Shown: piece after piece, positions 32,658 to 44,562 of the stretch | Layout: every line of letters begins with the position of its first letter | Position numbering within the stretch: the stretch's first letter is position 1 | NCBI GenBank assembly: GCA_964291675.2 | Contig: OZ219866.1 | Coordinates: 2,080,001-2,144,000 of the forward strand | Origin: Alphaproteobacteria bacterium | GTDB taxonomy: Bacteria; Pseudomonadota; Alphaproteobacteria; MPNO01 | Length of the DNA stretch: 64,000 nucleotides | Direction of reading: 5' to 3' | Program-made: the position numbers and the translations under genes | Notes under the pieces: model-generated | Databases searched by the model: none | The model's input: only the letters and a program-made list of their open reading frames with translations | What the model was told of the DNA's origin: nothing

Positions 32658-33324
32658 CGTCATGGCCGGACTTGTTCCACTGCTGTCTGGTTTGGCCATC
32701 GACGCGGTCCGCACCCGGCTCTCCCTGCTCCTCCACCGACAGCACCCCGTCATGGCCGGACTTGATCCGGCCATCCATGCAGCCTCCCCCCACGCACGGC
32801 GATCCGTCTGGAGGGACGGCGTTGGCGGCGGTCCGCACCGGGCTCTCCCTGCACCGCCTATGGATGCCCGGATCAAGTCCGGGCATGACGTGGTGGGAGG
32901 CATGGCGATGGAGCGGTCCGCGCTGGGCTCTCCATGCAGCGCCCGTGGGTGCCAGGAACGAGTCGGGGGTGACAACAGGGGGGACAAGGACGGCAAATGC
33001 GGGCGTGCTGCGATCGGTGTCCCGATCCGACCGAAGCACCGATACCCCGTCCGTATCAAGTCCTTGGGCCTCGTCCAACTCACCTGAACCGGGACAGCAG
33101 TGGACTTGTTCCGCCCATCCACCGGTTCCCCCGGCGATGGGCGGGACTCGCGGAGAGAGATGCCCGGATCAAGTCCGGGCATGACGAGGAGGGGTGTTGG
33201 CGGCTCCCCCACCCCGTCATGGCCGGACTTGATCCGGCCATCCATGCGGCCCCTCGGCGCGTGAGGCGGCCGGCCGGTAGGGGCGGCGGCGCCGGTGGAT
33301 GCCCGAACAAGTCCGGCCATGACG
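32658..33324. repeat. Cluster of six REP-like palindromic units, family 1 (CGTCATGGCCGGACTTGATCCGGCCATCC and its inverse), arranged as inverted doublets
   Basis: Units at 32658-32677 + 33112-33120 (split), 32748-32776, 32862-32890 (inv), 33159-33186 (inv), 33215-33243 and 33297-33324 (inv). Confidence 0.9.
32678..33102. mobile_element. 425-bp non-autonomous element inserted into a REP unit, with a 9-bp target duplication
   Basis: Ends CACTGCTGTC / GACAGCAGTG (10-bp perfect IR, extends imperfectly to GGTT). Flanked by GACTTGTTC at 32669-32677 and 33103-33111. Confidence 0.85.
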
Positions 33325-33420
33325 ATGTTGCGGGCTCGGCCGGAGAAACTTCGCGCCGGTGCGGCCGCATGCCTATGAACCGCGGAACCGGGACAGTAGA
33401 TTGCCGGGCGGGGGAGCGAG

Positions 33421-34158
33421 ATGGCCGGCATCTGGGGGAAGATCATCGGCGCCGCCGCGGGGCTCGCGCTCGGCGGGCCGATCGGCGCGCTGATCGGCGG
33501 GGTGGCCGGGCACGCGGTCGACCGGATGCGCGCCTCGCAGGATGCCGGGGAGGGGCGGGACGCCACCCGCGAGATCGCCTTCACCATCGCGGTGATCGCG
33601 CTCTGCGCCAAGATGGCCAAGGCCGACGGCACGGTGACGCGCGACGAGATCGCCGCGTTCCGCCGCATCTTCCACGTGCCCCCGGAAGAGATGAAGAATG
33701 TCGGGCGGGTGTTCGACCAGGCGCGCAAGGACGCGCGCGGCTTCGAGCCCTATGCCCGCCAGGTCGCCTCGATGTTCGCCGCCAACCCGGCGGTGCTGGA
33801 GGAGCTGCTCGACGCGCTGTTCTACATCGCCAACGCCGACGGCGTGCTGCACCCGGCCGAGCTCGACTATCTGGAGCGAGTGGCCGCGATCTTTCGCTTC
33901 GACGAGACCACCTTCCGGCGCATCCGGGCGAACCACGAGAGCGACCGCAAGACCGACCCCTATGCCGTGCTCGGCGTCGACCGCGAAGACGACGACGAGA
34001 CGGTGCGCCAGGCCTGGCTCAGGCTGACCCGGGAGAACCACCCCGACCGGCTGACCGCGCAGGGCATGCCGGAGGACTTCGTGCAGATCGCCAACGAGCG
34101 CATGGCCGGCATCAACGCCGCGTGGGACGCGATCCGCAAGCAGCGCGGCATACGCTGA
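33421..34158 (+). CDS. djlA: DjlA-like co-chaperone (TerB-like plus DnaJ domain)
   Basis: N-terminal GGPIGALIG TM segment, AKMAKADG, C-terminal DPYAVLG...NHPDRL. Confidence 0.88.
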   Translation: MAGIWGKIIGAAAGLALGGPIGALIGGVAGHAVDRMRASQDAGEGRDATREIAFTIAVIALCAKMAKADGTVTRDEIAAFRRIFHVPPEEMKNVGRVFDQARKDARGFEPYARQVASMFAANPAVLEELLDALFYIANADGVLHPAELDYLERVAAIFRFDETTFRRIRANHESDRKTDPYAVLGVDREDDDETVRQAWLRLTRENHPDRLTAQGMPEDFVQIANERMAGINAAWDAIRKQRGIR

Positions 34159-34277
34159 TCCGCCGCCCGGCGACGTCCCGGCGGCGGATTGACACGCGCC
34201 CGGCCGAAACCCGACAATCGCCGGCGCTGAACGGAGGTTTCGATACCGGAACCGATAACCAGGAGGGAGAAACCATC

Positions 34278-35750
34278 GTGCGACAGGATTTTGCGGGACT
34301 CCGCGCGCTTGCCGCCGCGGCCTGCGCGGCCGGGCTGCTGGCGGCCGCCGGCGGCGCCGCCGCCGCCGAGTACGGGCCGGTTGCGCAGCGCGCCATCGAC
34401 GGCGCCAAGGCCTATGTCAAGGCCAAGGGGCTGAAGGAGCCGAAGCTCGACATTCTGCTCAACTCGCTCTACCGCAACTCGTTCCCCGACTTCGCCAGGG
34501 AGTGGGAGGGGCTGACCGGCGTCAAGGTGGTGTCCGAGCCGCTCGGCTATACCGACATCCCGAGCAAGGTGATGGGCGAGGCGGTCGCCAAGACCGGCGC
34601 CTTCGACATGTTCAACGACTTCCCCTACACCCAGCCCGACGCGGCGAGCGCCGGGGTGCTGCAGCCGCTCGACGAGTACGCGGCCAAGTACAAGCCCGAC
34701 TTCTCCGGCGTGCCGGAGGCCTTCATCGCCCAGCAGTTCTACAACGGCAAGCAGTACTCCTTCGTGCTCGACGGCGACCACATCATCCTGGTGCTGCGCA
34801 AGGACATCGTCGAGAACCCCGAGGCGCGGGCCGCGTTCAAGAAGGCGACCGGCAAGGAGCTCGGCTGTCCGGCGACCATGGCGGACTGGGAGGAGCAGGC
34901 GAAGTTCTTCCACACCGAGGCCGGCCAGACGCGCTGGGGCGTCAAGTTCGAAAAGCCGCTGTTCGGCGCGATGGGCTACCGGTCGGTGAACTTCTCGCAC
35001 CGCCACTTCCCGGCCTATTTCGGCGGGCTGCTGTTCGACAAGGACATGAACCCGCGCGTGAATTCCGAGCAGGGCGTCAAGGCGATCGCCGCGTTCTCGT
35101 CGATCGTGCAATACATGCCCAAGGACATCCAGGGCTGGGGCACGCCGCAGATCTACCCGTTCTGGGGCTCCGGCCAGGCCTATTCGGTGATGTCCTTCCC
35201 GTCGATCTTCGGCTACGGCAACGCCAACCCGAAGAGCGTGGTGAAGCAGAAGCAGCTGCCCTGCGTCATCCCGGCGACGAATGCGGGCGGCAAGCCGGTG
35301 CGCCGGGCGGCGGAGGCCGCGGGGACCAGCTACATGGTGAACGCCTATAGCGACGCCCCCGAGCTCGCCTATCTGTTCATCCAGTGGCTGACCAGCCCGT
35401 CGGTCGGCAACCGGGCGATCGCCCATCCCAAGGGCTTCTGGGACCCGTTCCGCGAGGCCAACAAGGGCGATGCGGGAATCCTCAAGAAGTTCTCACAGGA
35501 GTTCCTCGACACCACGCTGGAGAACGCCCAGTACACCACGTCGCTGCTCTATATCGAGGGTCACTACGAGTACATGAAGATCCTCGACAACAACCTGGCC
35601 GACGTGATGAACGGCAATATCGAGCCCGAAGAGGCCGCCAAGCGGGTCGAGAAGGGCTGGAACGGCGTGACCGAGGATATCGGCCGCAAGGAACAGATCG
35701 AGGCGTGGCGCAAGGGCGTCGCGGCCGGGCTCTATATCGACAAGCTGTAG
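34278..35750 (+). CDS. ABC transporter substrate-binding protein (CUT1 carbohydrate-type)
   Basis: GTG after AGGAGGG; Ala-rich signal peptide; first gene of the permease-permease-ATPase operon. Confidence 0.85.
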   Translation: MRQDFAGLRALAAAACAAGLLAAAGGAAAAEYGPVAQRAIDGAKAYVKAKGLKEPKLDILLNSLYRNSFPDFAREWEGLTGVKVVSEPLGYTDIPSKVMGEAVAKTGAFDMFNDFPYTQPDAASAGVLQPLDEYAAKYKPDFSGVPEAFIAQQFYNGKQYSFVLDGDHIILVLRKDIVENPEARAAFKKATGKELGCPATMADWEEQAKFFHTEAGQTRWGVKFEKPLFGAMGYRSVNFSHRHFPAYFGGLLFDKDMNPRVNSEQGVKAIAAFSSIVQYMPKDIQGWGTPQIYPFWGSGQAYSVMSFPSIFGYGNANPKSVVKQKQLPCVIPATNAGGKPVRRAAEAAGTSYMVNAYSDAPELAYLFIQWLTSPSVGNRAIAHPKGFWDPFREANKGDAGILKKFSQEFLDTTLENAQYTTSLLYIEGHYEYMKILDNNLADVMNGNIEPEEAAKRVEKGWNGVTEDIGRKEQIEAWRKGVAAGLYIDKL

Positions 35751-35829
35751 CCCGGATGCCTCAAGCGGCGGCCCGGACGGCGGCAGGCCGCCGTCCGGGC
35801 GTCCGCGCGTCGAGGACGCATAGCCGACG

Positions 35830-36801
35830 ATGACCGCGCTCAGCGGAACAGAGGCGCCCGCGCGCAACGGCCCGCTCGCCCGGCTGGGCGCGTGGCTGGC
35901 CCGGGAACGGGTGTTCCGCTGGATCCCCTTCGTGCTCGTCGAGGGGACCTTCATCCTGGTCATCATCATCCCGTTCCTGCTGACCATCTACATCAGCTTC
36001 CTGCGCTGGCGCGCCAACCGCCCGTTCGAGCAGGCCTATCTGTCGGGCTTCAGGAACTACGAAGCGGTGCTGTCGGATACCGGCTTCTGGGCGGCGCTCG
36101 GGCGCACCTTCTACTTCGCCGGCTTCGCCGTGGTGTTCGAGCTCGTCATCGGCTTCGTGCTGGCGATGCTGGTGCACCGGGTGGTGCGCGGGCGCCGGAT
36201 CTACATCACCGTCTTCCTGATCCCGATGATGGTCGTGCCGGTGGTCGTCGGATACAACTTTTCGATGATCTATATCGACCACGGGCCGCTCAACCAGCTC
36301 TTGTCGCCGCTGACCGCGGCGCTCGGCATCGACCCCCGGATCCGCTGGCTGTCCGACCCGCTGGCCGCGCAGTGGGCGATCATCCTGGCCGATGTGTGGC
36401 AGTGGACGTCGCTCACCTTCCTGATCTTCCTGTCGGGCTACTCGGCGCTGCCGCCGCAGCTCATCAACGCCGCCCGGGTGATGGGCGCCTCGCGCTGGCA
36501 GATCTTCTGGTGGGTCGAGTTTCCGCTGCTCAAGCCGGCCATCGTGATCGCCGTCGTGGTCCGCTCGATGGAGGCGCTGAAGCTGTTCGACCCCGTGGTG
36601 CTGCTCACCTTCGGCGGGCCCGGCACGTCGACCCAGACGGTCGCCTACTATCTGTGGGAGCAGGTCTGGCAGTTCAACAAGTTCGCCTTCGGCGCGGCGG
36701 CGTCGATGCTGCTGCTGATCCTGTTCTCGGCGCTGATCTTCACCGGGATCTGGCTGATGATGCGCGAGCGCACGCGGATCGAGCGGGAGCGCCTCTCGTG
36801 A
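35830..36801 (+). CDS. ABC transporter permease (MalF-like)
   Basis: DVWQWT, EAA-like loop NAARVMGA, GGPG. Confidence 0.9.
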   Translation: MTALSGTEAPARNGPLARLGAWLARERVFRWIPFVLVEGTFILVIIIPFLLTIYISFLRWRANRPFEQAYLSGFRNYEAVLSDTGFWAALGRTFYFAGFAVVFELVIGFVLAMLVHRVVRGRRIYITVFLIPMMVVPVVVGYNFSMIYIDHGPLNQLLSPLTAALGIDPRIRWLSDPLAAQWAIILADVWQWTSLTFLIFLSGYSALPPQLINAARVMGASRWQIFWWVEFPLLKPAIVIAVVVRSMEALKLFDPVVLLTFGGPGTSTQTVAYYLWEQVWQFNKFAFGAAASMLLLILFSALIFTGIWLMMRERTRIERERLS

Positions 36802-37739
36802 CGCCCGGCGCCGCCCGGGCCGCTTCGGGAGGGCGCCGCCGCCGCCGCGCGGCGCTGCGCCACGCCGTGCTGATCGGCTGGGGCGCGATCATCATGTTCC
36901 CGATCTACTGGATGCTCCAGACCTCGTTCAAGGATTCGGGCGAGTGGGTGACCTGGCCGCCGAACTGGCTGCCGCAGGACCCGACGCTCAAGAACTACGA
37001 GCAGATCTTCACCTTCGACGTGCAGCAGGCAGGCGTCGCGCGCGAGGCGACCGAGCAGCCCTTCAACATCTGGGGCTCGCTGCTCGATTCGCTGCTGATC
37101 TGCACCATCTCCTCGCTGGTCGCGCTGTTCATGGGGACCTTCCTCGCCTACGCCATCTCGCGCTTCAATGTCGGCGGCTCGACCTTCCGCCACATGGTGC
37201 TGATGATCCGCATGATCCCGCCGATCGTGATCGCCATCCCGCTGCTGATGTACTACGCCATCATGGTGCCGTTCGCGACCGAGACGCTGCTGGATTCGCG
37301 GATCAGCCTGTTCGACACCCGCACCGGGGTCAGCATGCTCTACACCACGGTGACGCTGCCCTTCGTCATCTGGATGATGCTGAGCTTCATCGACGAGGTG
37401 CCCTATACGCTGGAGCACGCCGCCCGGCTGATGGGGGCGGGGCGCATCTACACCCTGCGCAAGATCGTGCTGCCGCTGGTGGCGTCCGGCATGGTGGTCA
37501 CCTTCCTGTTCGTGTTCATCCTGAGCTGGGGGGAGTTCCTGCTGGCGCTGACGCTGACGCATCCCGACGTGTCGACCCTGCCGGTGCTGCTCAACAAGTT
37601 CCAGAGCGCATCCGAAGGCCGGCTCTACGGCCCGCAGGCGGCGATCGGCACGGTGATTACCATCCCGGTGGTGGTCATGGGCGTCCTGATCCAGAAGCAC
37701 CTGGTGAAGGGCTTCAGCTTCGGCATGATGCGCCGCTGA
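36798..37739 (+). CDS. ABC transporter permease (MalG-like)
   Basis: FPIYWMLQTSFK, EHAARLMGA, WGEFL, QKHLVKG; GTGA overlap with the previous gene. Confidence 0.9.
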   Translation: MTPGAARAASGGRRRRRAALRHAVLIGWGAIIMFPIYWMLQTSFKDSGEWVTWPPNWLPQDPTLKNYEQIFTFDVQQAGVAREATEQPFNIWGSLLDSLLICTISSLVALFMGTFLAYAISRFNVGGSTFRHMVLMIRMIPPIVIAIPLLMYYAIMVPFATETLLDSRISLFDTRTGVSMLYTTVTLPFVIWMMLSFIDEVPYTLEHAARLMGAGRIYTLRKIVLPLVASGMVVTFLFVFILSWGEFLLALTLTHPDVSTLPVLLNKFQSASEGRLYGPQAAIGTVITIPVVVMGVLIQKHLVKGFSFGMMRR

Positions 37740-37765
37740 CGGCGCCCGGGAGGAAGGAGGCACGC

Positions 37766-38848
37766 GTGGCGGGAATCGTGCTCAGGGAGCTGGTCAAGGA
37801 CTTCGGCAGCTTCGCCGCCGTCAAGGGCATCGATCTGGAGATCCGGGACGGCGAGTTCCTGATCCTGGTCGGCCCCTCGGGCTGCGGCAAGACGACGACG
37901 CTGAACATGATCTCCGGGCTGGTCGACCCGACCGCCGGCGACATCTTCATCGGCGAGCGGGCGGTCACCCATACCGAGGCCGGCGAGCGCGGGCTCGGCA
38001 TGGTATTCCAGGACCTCGCCCTGTTCCCGCACATGACGGTGTTCGAGAACATCGCCTTCGGCCTGCGCGTCAAGGACGTCGACGCCCACGAGATCCGCCG
38101 CCGCGTGCACGAGGCGGCGGATGCGATGCACATCGCGCCGCTGCTCGACAAGCGGCCCAGCGAGTGCTCCGGCGGCGAGGCGCAGCGCGTGGCGCTCGCG
38201 CGCACCATCGTCACCAACCCGGCGGTCTATCTGATGGACGAGCCGCTCTCCAGCCTCGATGCCAAGCTGCGCGTCGAGATGCGCACCGAGCTCAAGCATC
38301 TGCACGAGCAGCTCGGCGGCACCTTCGTCTACGTCACCCACGACCAGGCCGAGGCGATGACCATGGCCGACCGGATCGCGGTGATGAATGCCGGGCGCAT
38401 CGAGCAGGTCGGCGGGCCGCTCGAAATCTACCGCCGCCCGGCTACGCATTTCGTCGCGGGCTTCTTCGGCATGCCGACGATGAACTTCCTCGACGGGACC
38501 GTCGCCGCCGCCGACGGCGGCCCGGAGTTCCGCGGCACCGGGCTCGCCGCCGCGCTCGATCCGTCCTCGGCCGCCGGGCTTGCCGGGCGCGACGTGGTGC
38601 TCGGCGTGCGCTCCGAGCACGTTCTCGTCGTCGACGCCGAGGCGCCCGGCGCGATCCCGGCCCGGGTCAGCCTGATCGAGCCCCTGGGCGACGCCACCCT
38701 CCTGTTCTTCGAGCATGGCGGGGCGCGGCGCATGGTGGCCAAGGTCGATCCCGACCTGCCGGCCAAGGTCGGCGATGCGATCCATGTCGCGCTCGATACC
38801 GCCAACCTGCATCTGTTCGACAGGTCCGGCGGCGCCAGGCTGAATTGA
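37766..38848 (+). CDS. ABC transporter ATP-binding protein (MalK/UgpC-like)
   Basis: Walker A GPSGCGKT, CSGGEAQR, MDEPLSSLDA, YVTHDQ; GTG after AAGGAGG. Confidence 0.93.
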   Translation: MAGIVLRELVKDFGSFAAVKGIDLEIRDGEFLILVGPSGCGKTTTLNMISGLVDPTAGDIFIGERAVTHTEAGERGLGMVFQDLALFPHMTVFENIAFGLRVKDVDAHEIRRRVHEAADAMHIAPLLDKRPSECSGGEAQRVALARTIVTNPAVYLMDEPLSSLDAKLRVEMRTELKHLHEQLGGTFVYVTHDQAEAMTMADRIAVMNAGRIEQVGGPLEIYRRPATHFVAGFFGMPTMNFLDGTVAAADGGPEFRGTGLAAALDPSSAAGLAGRDVVLGVRSEHVLVVDAEAPGAIPARVSLIEPLGDATLLFFEHGGARRMVAKVDPDLPAKVGDAIHVALDTANLHLFDRSGGARLN

Positions 38849-38929
38849 CCCCGGCGGGCGGATTCGCGGGTTTTCGTCAAAAACCTGCAACAAATCGTCG
38901 CAGCCGCGCATTATCCGCCGGTTCCCACC

Positions 38930-38958
38930 TTGACCTCGCCCGGGGCCGGCCATATCTA
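38930..38958 (+). promoter_or_regulatory. Putative sigma70 promoter for the small GcrA-like gene
   Basis: TTGACC-N17-TATCTA. Confidence 0.45.
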
Positions 38959-38988
38959 TCGCGCGTTCCAAGAAAAGAGCGTGCAACG

Positions 38989-39207
38989 ATGTCGGACCGA
39001 GCGAAACTCGTCTCGCTGTTGAAGGCGGGCAAGTCATCCCCTTACCGGACCTGCCAGTGGCCATATGGCGAACCCGGCACGAAGGATTTTCATTTCTGCG
39101 GCCGCAAGACCTCGCAGGGTTTTTCCTACTGCGCCGCGCATGTGAAGATGGCCTATCGCGAGCCCGAGAGCCGGCGCGACTCCGCGCCGCGCCGCAGCGC
39201 GGCCTAG
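38989..39207 (+). CDS. GcrA-family protein consisting only of the C-terminal Cys/His domain (72 aa)
   Basis: TCQWPYGEP...FHFCG...GFSYCAAHVKMAY is the GcrA C-terminal signature; no N-terminal helix-turn-helix domain. Confidence 0.8.
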   Translation: MSDRAKLVSLLKAGKSSPYRTCQWPYGEPGTKDFHFCGRKTSQGFSYCAAHVKMAYREPESRRDSAPRRSAA

Positions 39208-39251
39208 CCGAGACCGACCCCGCGACCGGTTGCCCGGGGCGCGGCCGCGTC

Positions 39252-39938
39252 GTGATCGACCGGCCGTCGCCCAACCACGACCGGCGGCCGGACGGGGTGC
39301 CGACCGACCTCGTGGTGCTGCACTATACCGGCATGGCGAGTGCGGCGGCGGCGCTCGCGCGCTTGTGCGATCCGGCGGCGCGGGTGAGCGCGCATTACCT
39401 GATCGGCGAGGACGGGGAGACCTGGCGCCTCGTCGAGGAGGCGCGCCGCGCCTGGCACGCCGGGATCGCCTGCTGGACGGGCGAGGCCGACGTCAACGGC
39501 AGGTCCATCGGCATCGAGCTCGCCAACCCGGGGCATGAGCTCGGCTACCGTCCGTTCCCCGAGAAGCAGCTCCGGGCGCTCGAACGGCTGCTCGCGGGGA
39601 TACTCGAACGCCGGCGCATCGACCCCGCCCGCGTGGTCGGGCATTCCGACGTGGCGCCGCTGCGCAAGCGGGACCCCGGCGAGCTGTTCCCCTGGCGCCG
39701 CCTGGCGGCGAAGGGGCTCGCCTGGCGGCCGGCCGACCCGTCCGCAACCGCCGCGCCGGACGAGGGCCGCGCGCGCGCCGCGCTCGGGCGCTTCGGCTAC
39801 GGTTCTCTCGACGATCCCGGGGCGTTCGCCGCCGTGCTGACCGCCTTTCAGCGCCGCTTCCGGCCGGCCCTCTGCGACGGCAGGCTCGACGGCGAGACCA
39901 TGGCGTGGATCGCCGCGGTCGAGCGCGGGCTCGATTGA
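39252..39938 (+). CDS. N-acetylmuramoyl-L-alanine amidase (AmpD/AmiD, Amidase_2)
   Basis: PSPNHD, VLHYTG, VSAHYLI, AWHAG, SIGIE, GHSDVAPLRKRDPG; start codon approximate. Confidence 0.92.
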   Translation: MIDRPSPNHDRRPDGVPTDLVVLHYTGMASAAAALARLCDPAARVSAHYLIGEDGETWRLVEEARRAWHAGIACWTGEADVNGRSIGIELANPGHELGYRPFPEKQLRALERLLAGILERRRIDPARVVGHSDVAPLRKRDPGELFPWRRLAAKGLAWRPADPSATAAPDEGRARAALGRFGYGSLDDPGAFAAVLTAFQRRFRPALCDGRLDGETMAWIAAVERGLD

Positions 39939-39970
39939 CGCCCGGCGGTTGCGGCACCACTTCAGGCGAT

Positions 39971-40346
<376 letters not shown>

Positions 40347-40447
40347 GCTACGCTCCTGGCTTCCCGGACCCGGTCAGGGCAGCAGCACCTTGTCGAGGAA
40401 GAACAGGCCGGGGCTCACATACCGATGTGACCAACCAGCATTTCTCA

Positions 40448-42430
<1,983 letters not shown>

Positions 42431-42546
42431 CCAGGGTCATGGTCTGCGCGGCGCTGTCCGGCCGACAGGGCAGGAGAGGCGCGCGGCGCGATGCGGCACA
42501 TCGGGCAAGCGCGTCTGCGCACCCTGTCGGCCGGACAGCGCCGCCC
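42431..42546. repeat. Continuation of the MITE copy interrupted by the intron (its first part is at about 40431-40447)
   Basis: CCAGGGTCATGGTCTGCGCGGCGCTGTCCGGCCGACAGGG...CCCTGTCGGCCGGACAGCGCCGCCC matches 29035-29151. Confidence 0.9.
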
Positions 42547-42549
42547 TAA

Positions 42550-44562
42550 CCCGACTTCCGCAACTCAACGGTTATGGAGGCTCTAACCCATTGATTCTCT
42601 GTGATCGCACCTCCAAAGGTCGGCACTACAGGGCGCCGAACGGAGAGGCGCGGCGTGGGTTGTCAGGCGGCGATGCGCGGCGCCGGTTGTTGCGGCAGGG
42701 TCATTCCGAGCTGGTGCAGCAGAAGCTCGTGCTGCTTGTTCGGCCGGGTGTGGCGCGGCAGGACGAGGTGGCGGCCGTCGGCGGTCGGCAGGTGGACGTC
42801 GACCATCTGGATGGTGGCGAAGGCCTCGATGATGGCACGCGGGGTCAGGCCGTTGGCGCGGGGGCGGGCGAGGTTCTTCAGCGTCACCAGCAGGCAGTAG
42901 GCGATGAAGGACACGAAGATGTGCGCCTCGATCCGCGCCTCGCGCCGATGGAAGATGGGCCGGATTGCAAGCTCGTGCTTGAGCTCCTTGAAGGCTTGCT
43001 CGATCTCGATGAGCCGCATGTACAGGCGCCACAGCGTGGCCGGGTCTTCGGCCACCATGTTGGAGCGCAACAGGTAGCGGCCCTCGCGGCGGCGGACGCG
43101 GCGCAGCCGGTCGCGCCGCAGGCGGAATGAGAAGCCGTTGGCGGCGAGTTCCTCGTCGGTCTCGGGCAGGCGGATGTCGACCAGGCTCCAGGCCCGGCCC
43201 GCCTCCTTCTTGGCGGCGCCGAGCTTGAGCATCAGCCGGTCCCGGCTGTTGGACTGCCCTTGCAGCTCGGCCAGCCGGCGCCACAGCTTGCCGAGCCGGC
43301 GCCGGCGCATGCCGCGCTCCTTCAAGAGCCGCCCCTCCGAGCGCACCAGGACGTAGAGTTCGCCGTCTTCGACCAGCAGCTTCACGTCCACGGACTGGCG
43401 CACCTCCTGCCAGGGCAGGCCGAGGAATGCCGTCTCGAGCCGCGTCAGCCGGCCCTTGGGCGTGCCCACCAGATAGCGCAGCGGCGCCTCGCCCTCGCGC
43501 ATCGAGGCCAGCGTCTCCTCGCTGGGGATGCCGCGGTCCATGATCCAGATCCGCTCGGAGCGGCCGTATTGACCCTCGATCTTCTCCAGGAACGCCGCCA
43601 GCGTGGCCTGCTCGGCGGTGTTCCCTGGCATCACCTCGTAGGCCAGCGGGAAGCCCTCGGGCGTGACGATCAGCGCGATCACCACCTGTACGCAGTCCGG
43701 GCGCCGGTCCCGGCTGTAGCCGAAGCGGCGCTTGTCCTCGAACGGCGGATCGCTCTCGAAATAGGTCGAGGTCAGATCGTAGAGCAGCACGTCGAAGCGC
43801 GCGTCGAACAACGTCGCCCAGCGGGCGCGCAGGAACGAGAAGAAGTCCTGCTTGTGCGCGACCAGCTTGTCGAGGCAGCGATACAGCGTGTCGTCGGCGA
43901 TCGCCCGGTCGCTGCCCAGAAGATCGCGCAGCGCGCTGTGCTCGTACCAGTGACGGTGAAGACGCCACTCACTGCCAGGGTCGATCAGCCGGTAGCAGAC
44001 CAATATCTTCAGCACGTCCAGCCACCGCGTGCCTTGCCGGCTCGGCGGCAGGCGCGCACCCCAGAAGCGGTCCAGATCCAGGCGCTCCCACAAGGCCAGA
44101 GCGAGCCAGCGCGCCCCCCACTGGCGCGGATCGTGCAGCGACACCTCCGCCACGTCGATCTTGACCACCTCGCAGTCCAGCGCCGGCGCGTCGCGATCCT
44201 CGGGAAACAGAGCCATCTGGCGAGACCCCGACTTGCCCTCCACAACCTCGATGGAGCGGCACCACGCCGCGCGCTGGCTGTCGTTGATCTCGCCGAGATA
44301 GAGAACCTGACGCTGAACGACCCGCCCGCCGCGAACCCGGACGTTCTCCACCACGCTCCAGTAACGGTGCTCCTTACCGTCCTTGAAGCGCCGCTTGCAG
44401 CGCACGAACATCGGCGCAGCGTCCGGCGCTTCGCCGGCCCGATCAAGGGGGTAGGTCGGCACTACACGCGGTTCTCGAGAGCCAAAGCCCGGAAAGCTGC
44501 CACTTCACGCGCCGAAAAAACGTCAAATTAATCGAAACGCGTGCCGAGTTGCGGAAGTCGGG
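42550..44562 (-). mobile_element. Intact IS1634-family insertion sequence (2013 bp)
   Basis: Perfect 17-bp TIR CCCGACTTCCGCAACTC (42550-42566 / 44546-44562). CTAA on both flanks (42546-42549, 44563-44566). Confidence 0.9.
42663..44411 (-). CDS. IS1634-family DDE transposase
   Basis: YDLTSTYFE, GYSRDRRPD, EGFPLAYEVMPGN, MDRG, EQAFKELK...IRPIFH...RIEAHIF. Confidence 0.9.
   Translation of the reverse strand: MFVRCKRRFKDGKEHRYWSVVENVRVRGGRVVQRQVLYLGEINDSQRAAWCRSIEVVEGKSGSRQMALFPEDRDAPALDCEVVKIDVAEVSLHDPRQWGARWLALALWERLDLDRFWGARLPPSRQGTRWLDVLKILVCYRLIDPGSEWRLHRHWYEHSALRDLLGSDRAIADDTLYRCLDKLVAHKQDFFSFLRARWATLFDARFDVLLYDLTSTYFESDPPFEDKRRFGYSRDRRPDCVQVVIALIVTPEGFPLAYEVMPGNTAEQATLAAFLEKIEGQYGRSERIWIMDRGIPSEETLASMREGEAPLRYLVGTPKGRLTRLETAFLGLPWQEVRQSVDVKLLVEDGELYVLVRSEGRLLKERGMRRRRLGKLWRRLAELQGQSNSRDRLMLKLGAAKKEAGRAWSLVDIRLPETDEELAANGFSFRLRRDRLRRVRRREGRYLLRSNMVAEDPATLWRLYMRLIEIEQAFKELKHELAIRPIFHRREARIEAHIFVSFIAYCLLVTLKNLARPRANGLTPRAIIEAFATIQMVDVHLPTADGRHLVLPRHTRPNKQHELLLHQLGMTLPQQPAPRIAA

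Noticed and set aside
32658-33324. Repeat cluster as a CRISPR array
   Set aside because: Units alternate in orientation, spacing is irregular and there are no cas genes; this fits REP doublets.
32997-34277. 917-aa ORF 32997..35750 as a fused solute-binding protein
   Set aside because: The N-terminal part runs through REP repeats and overlaps djlA in another frame; the real start is GTG 34278 with a strong RBS and signal peptide.
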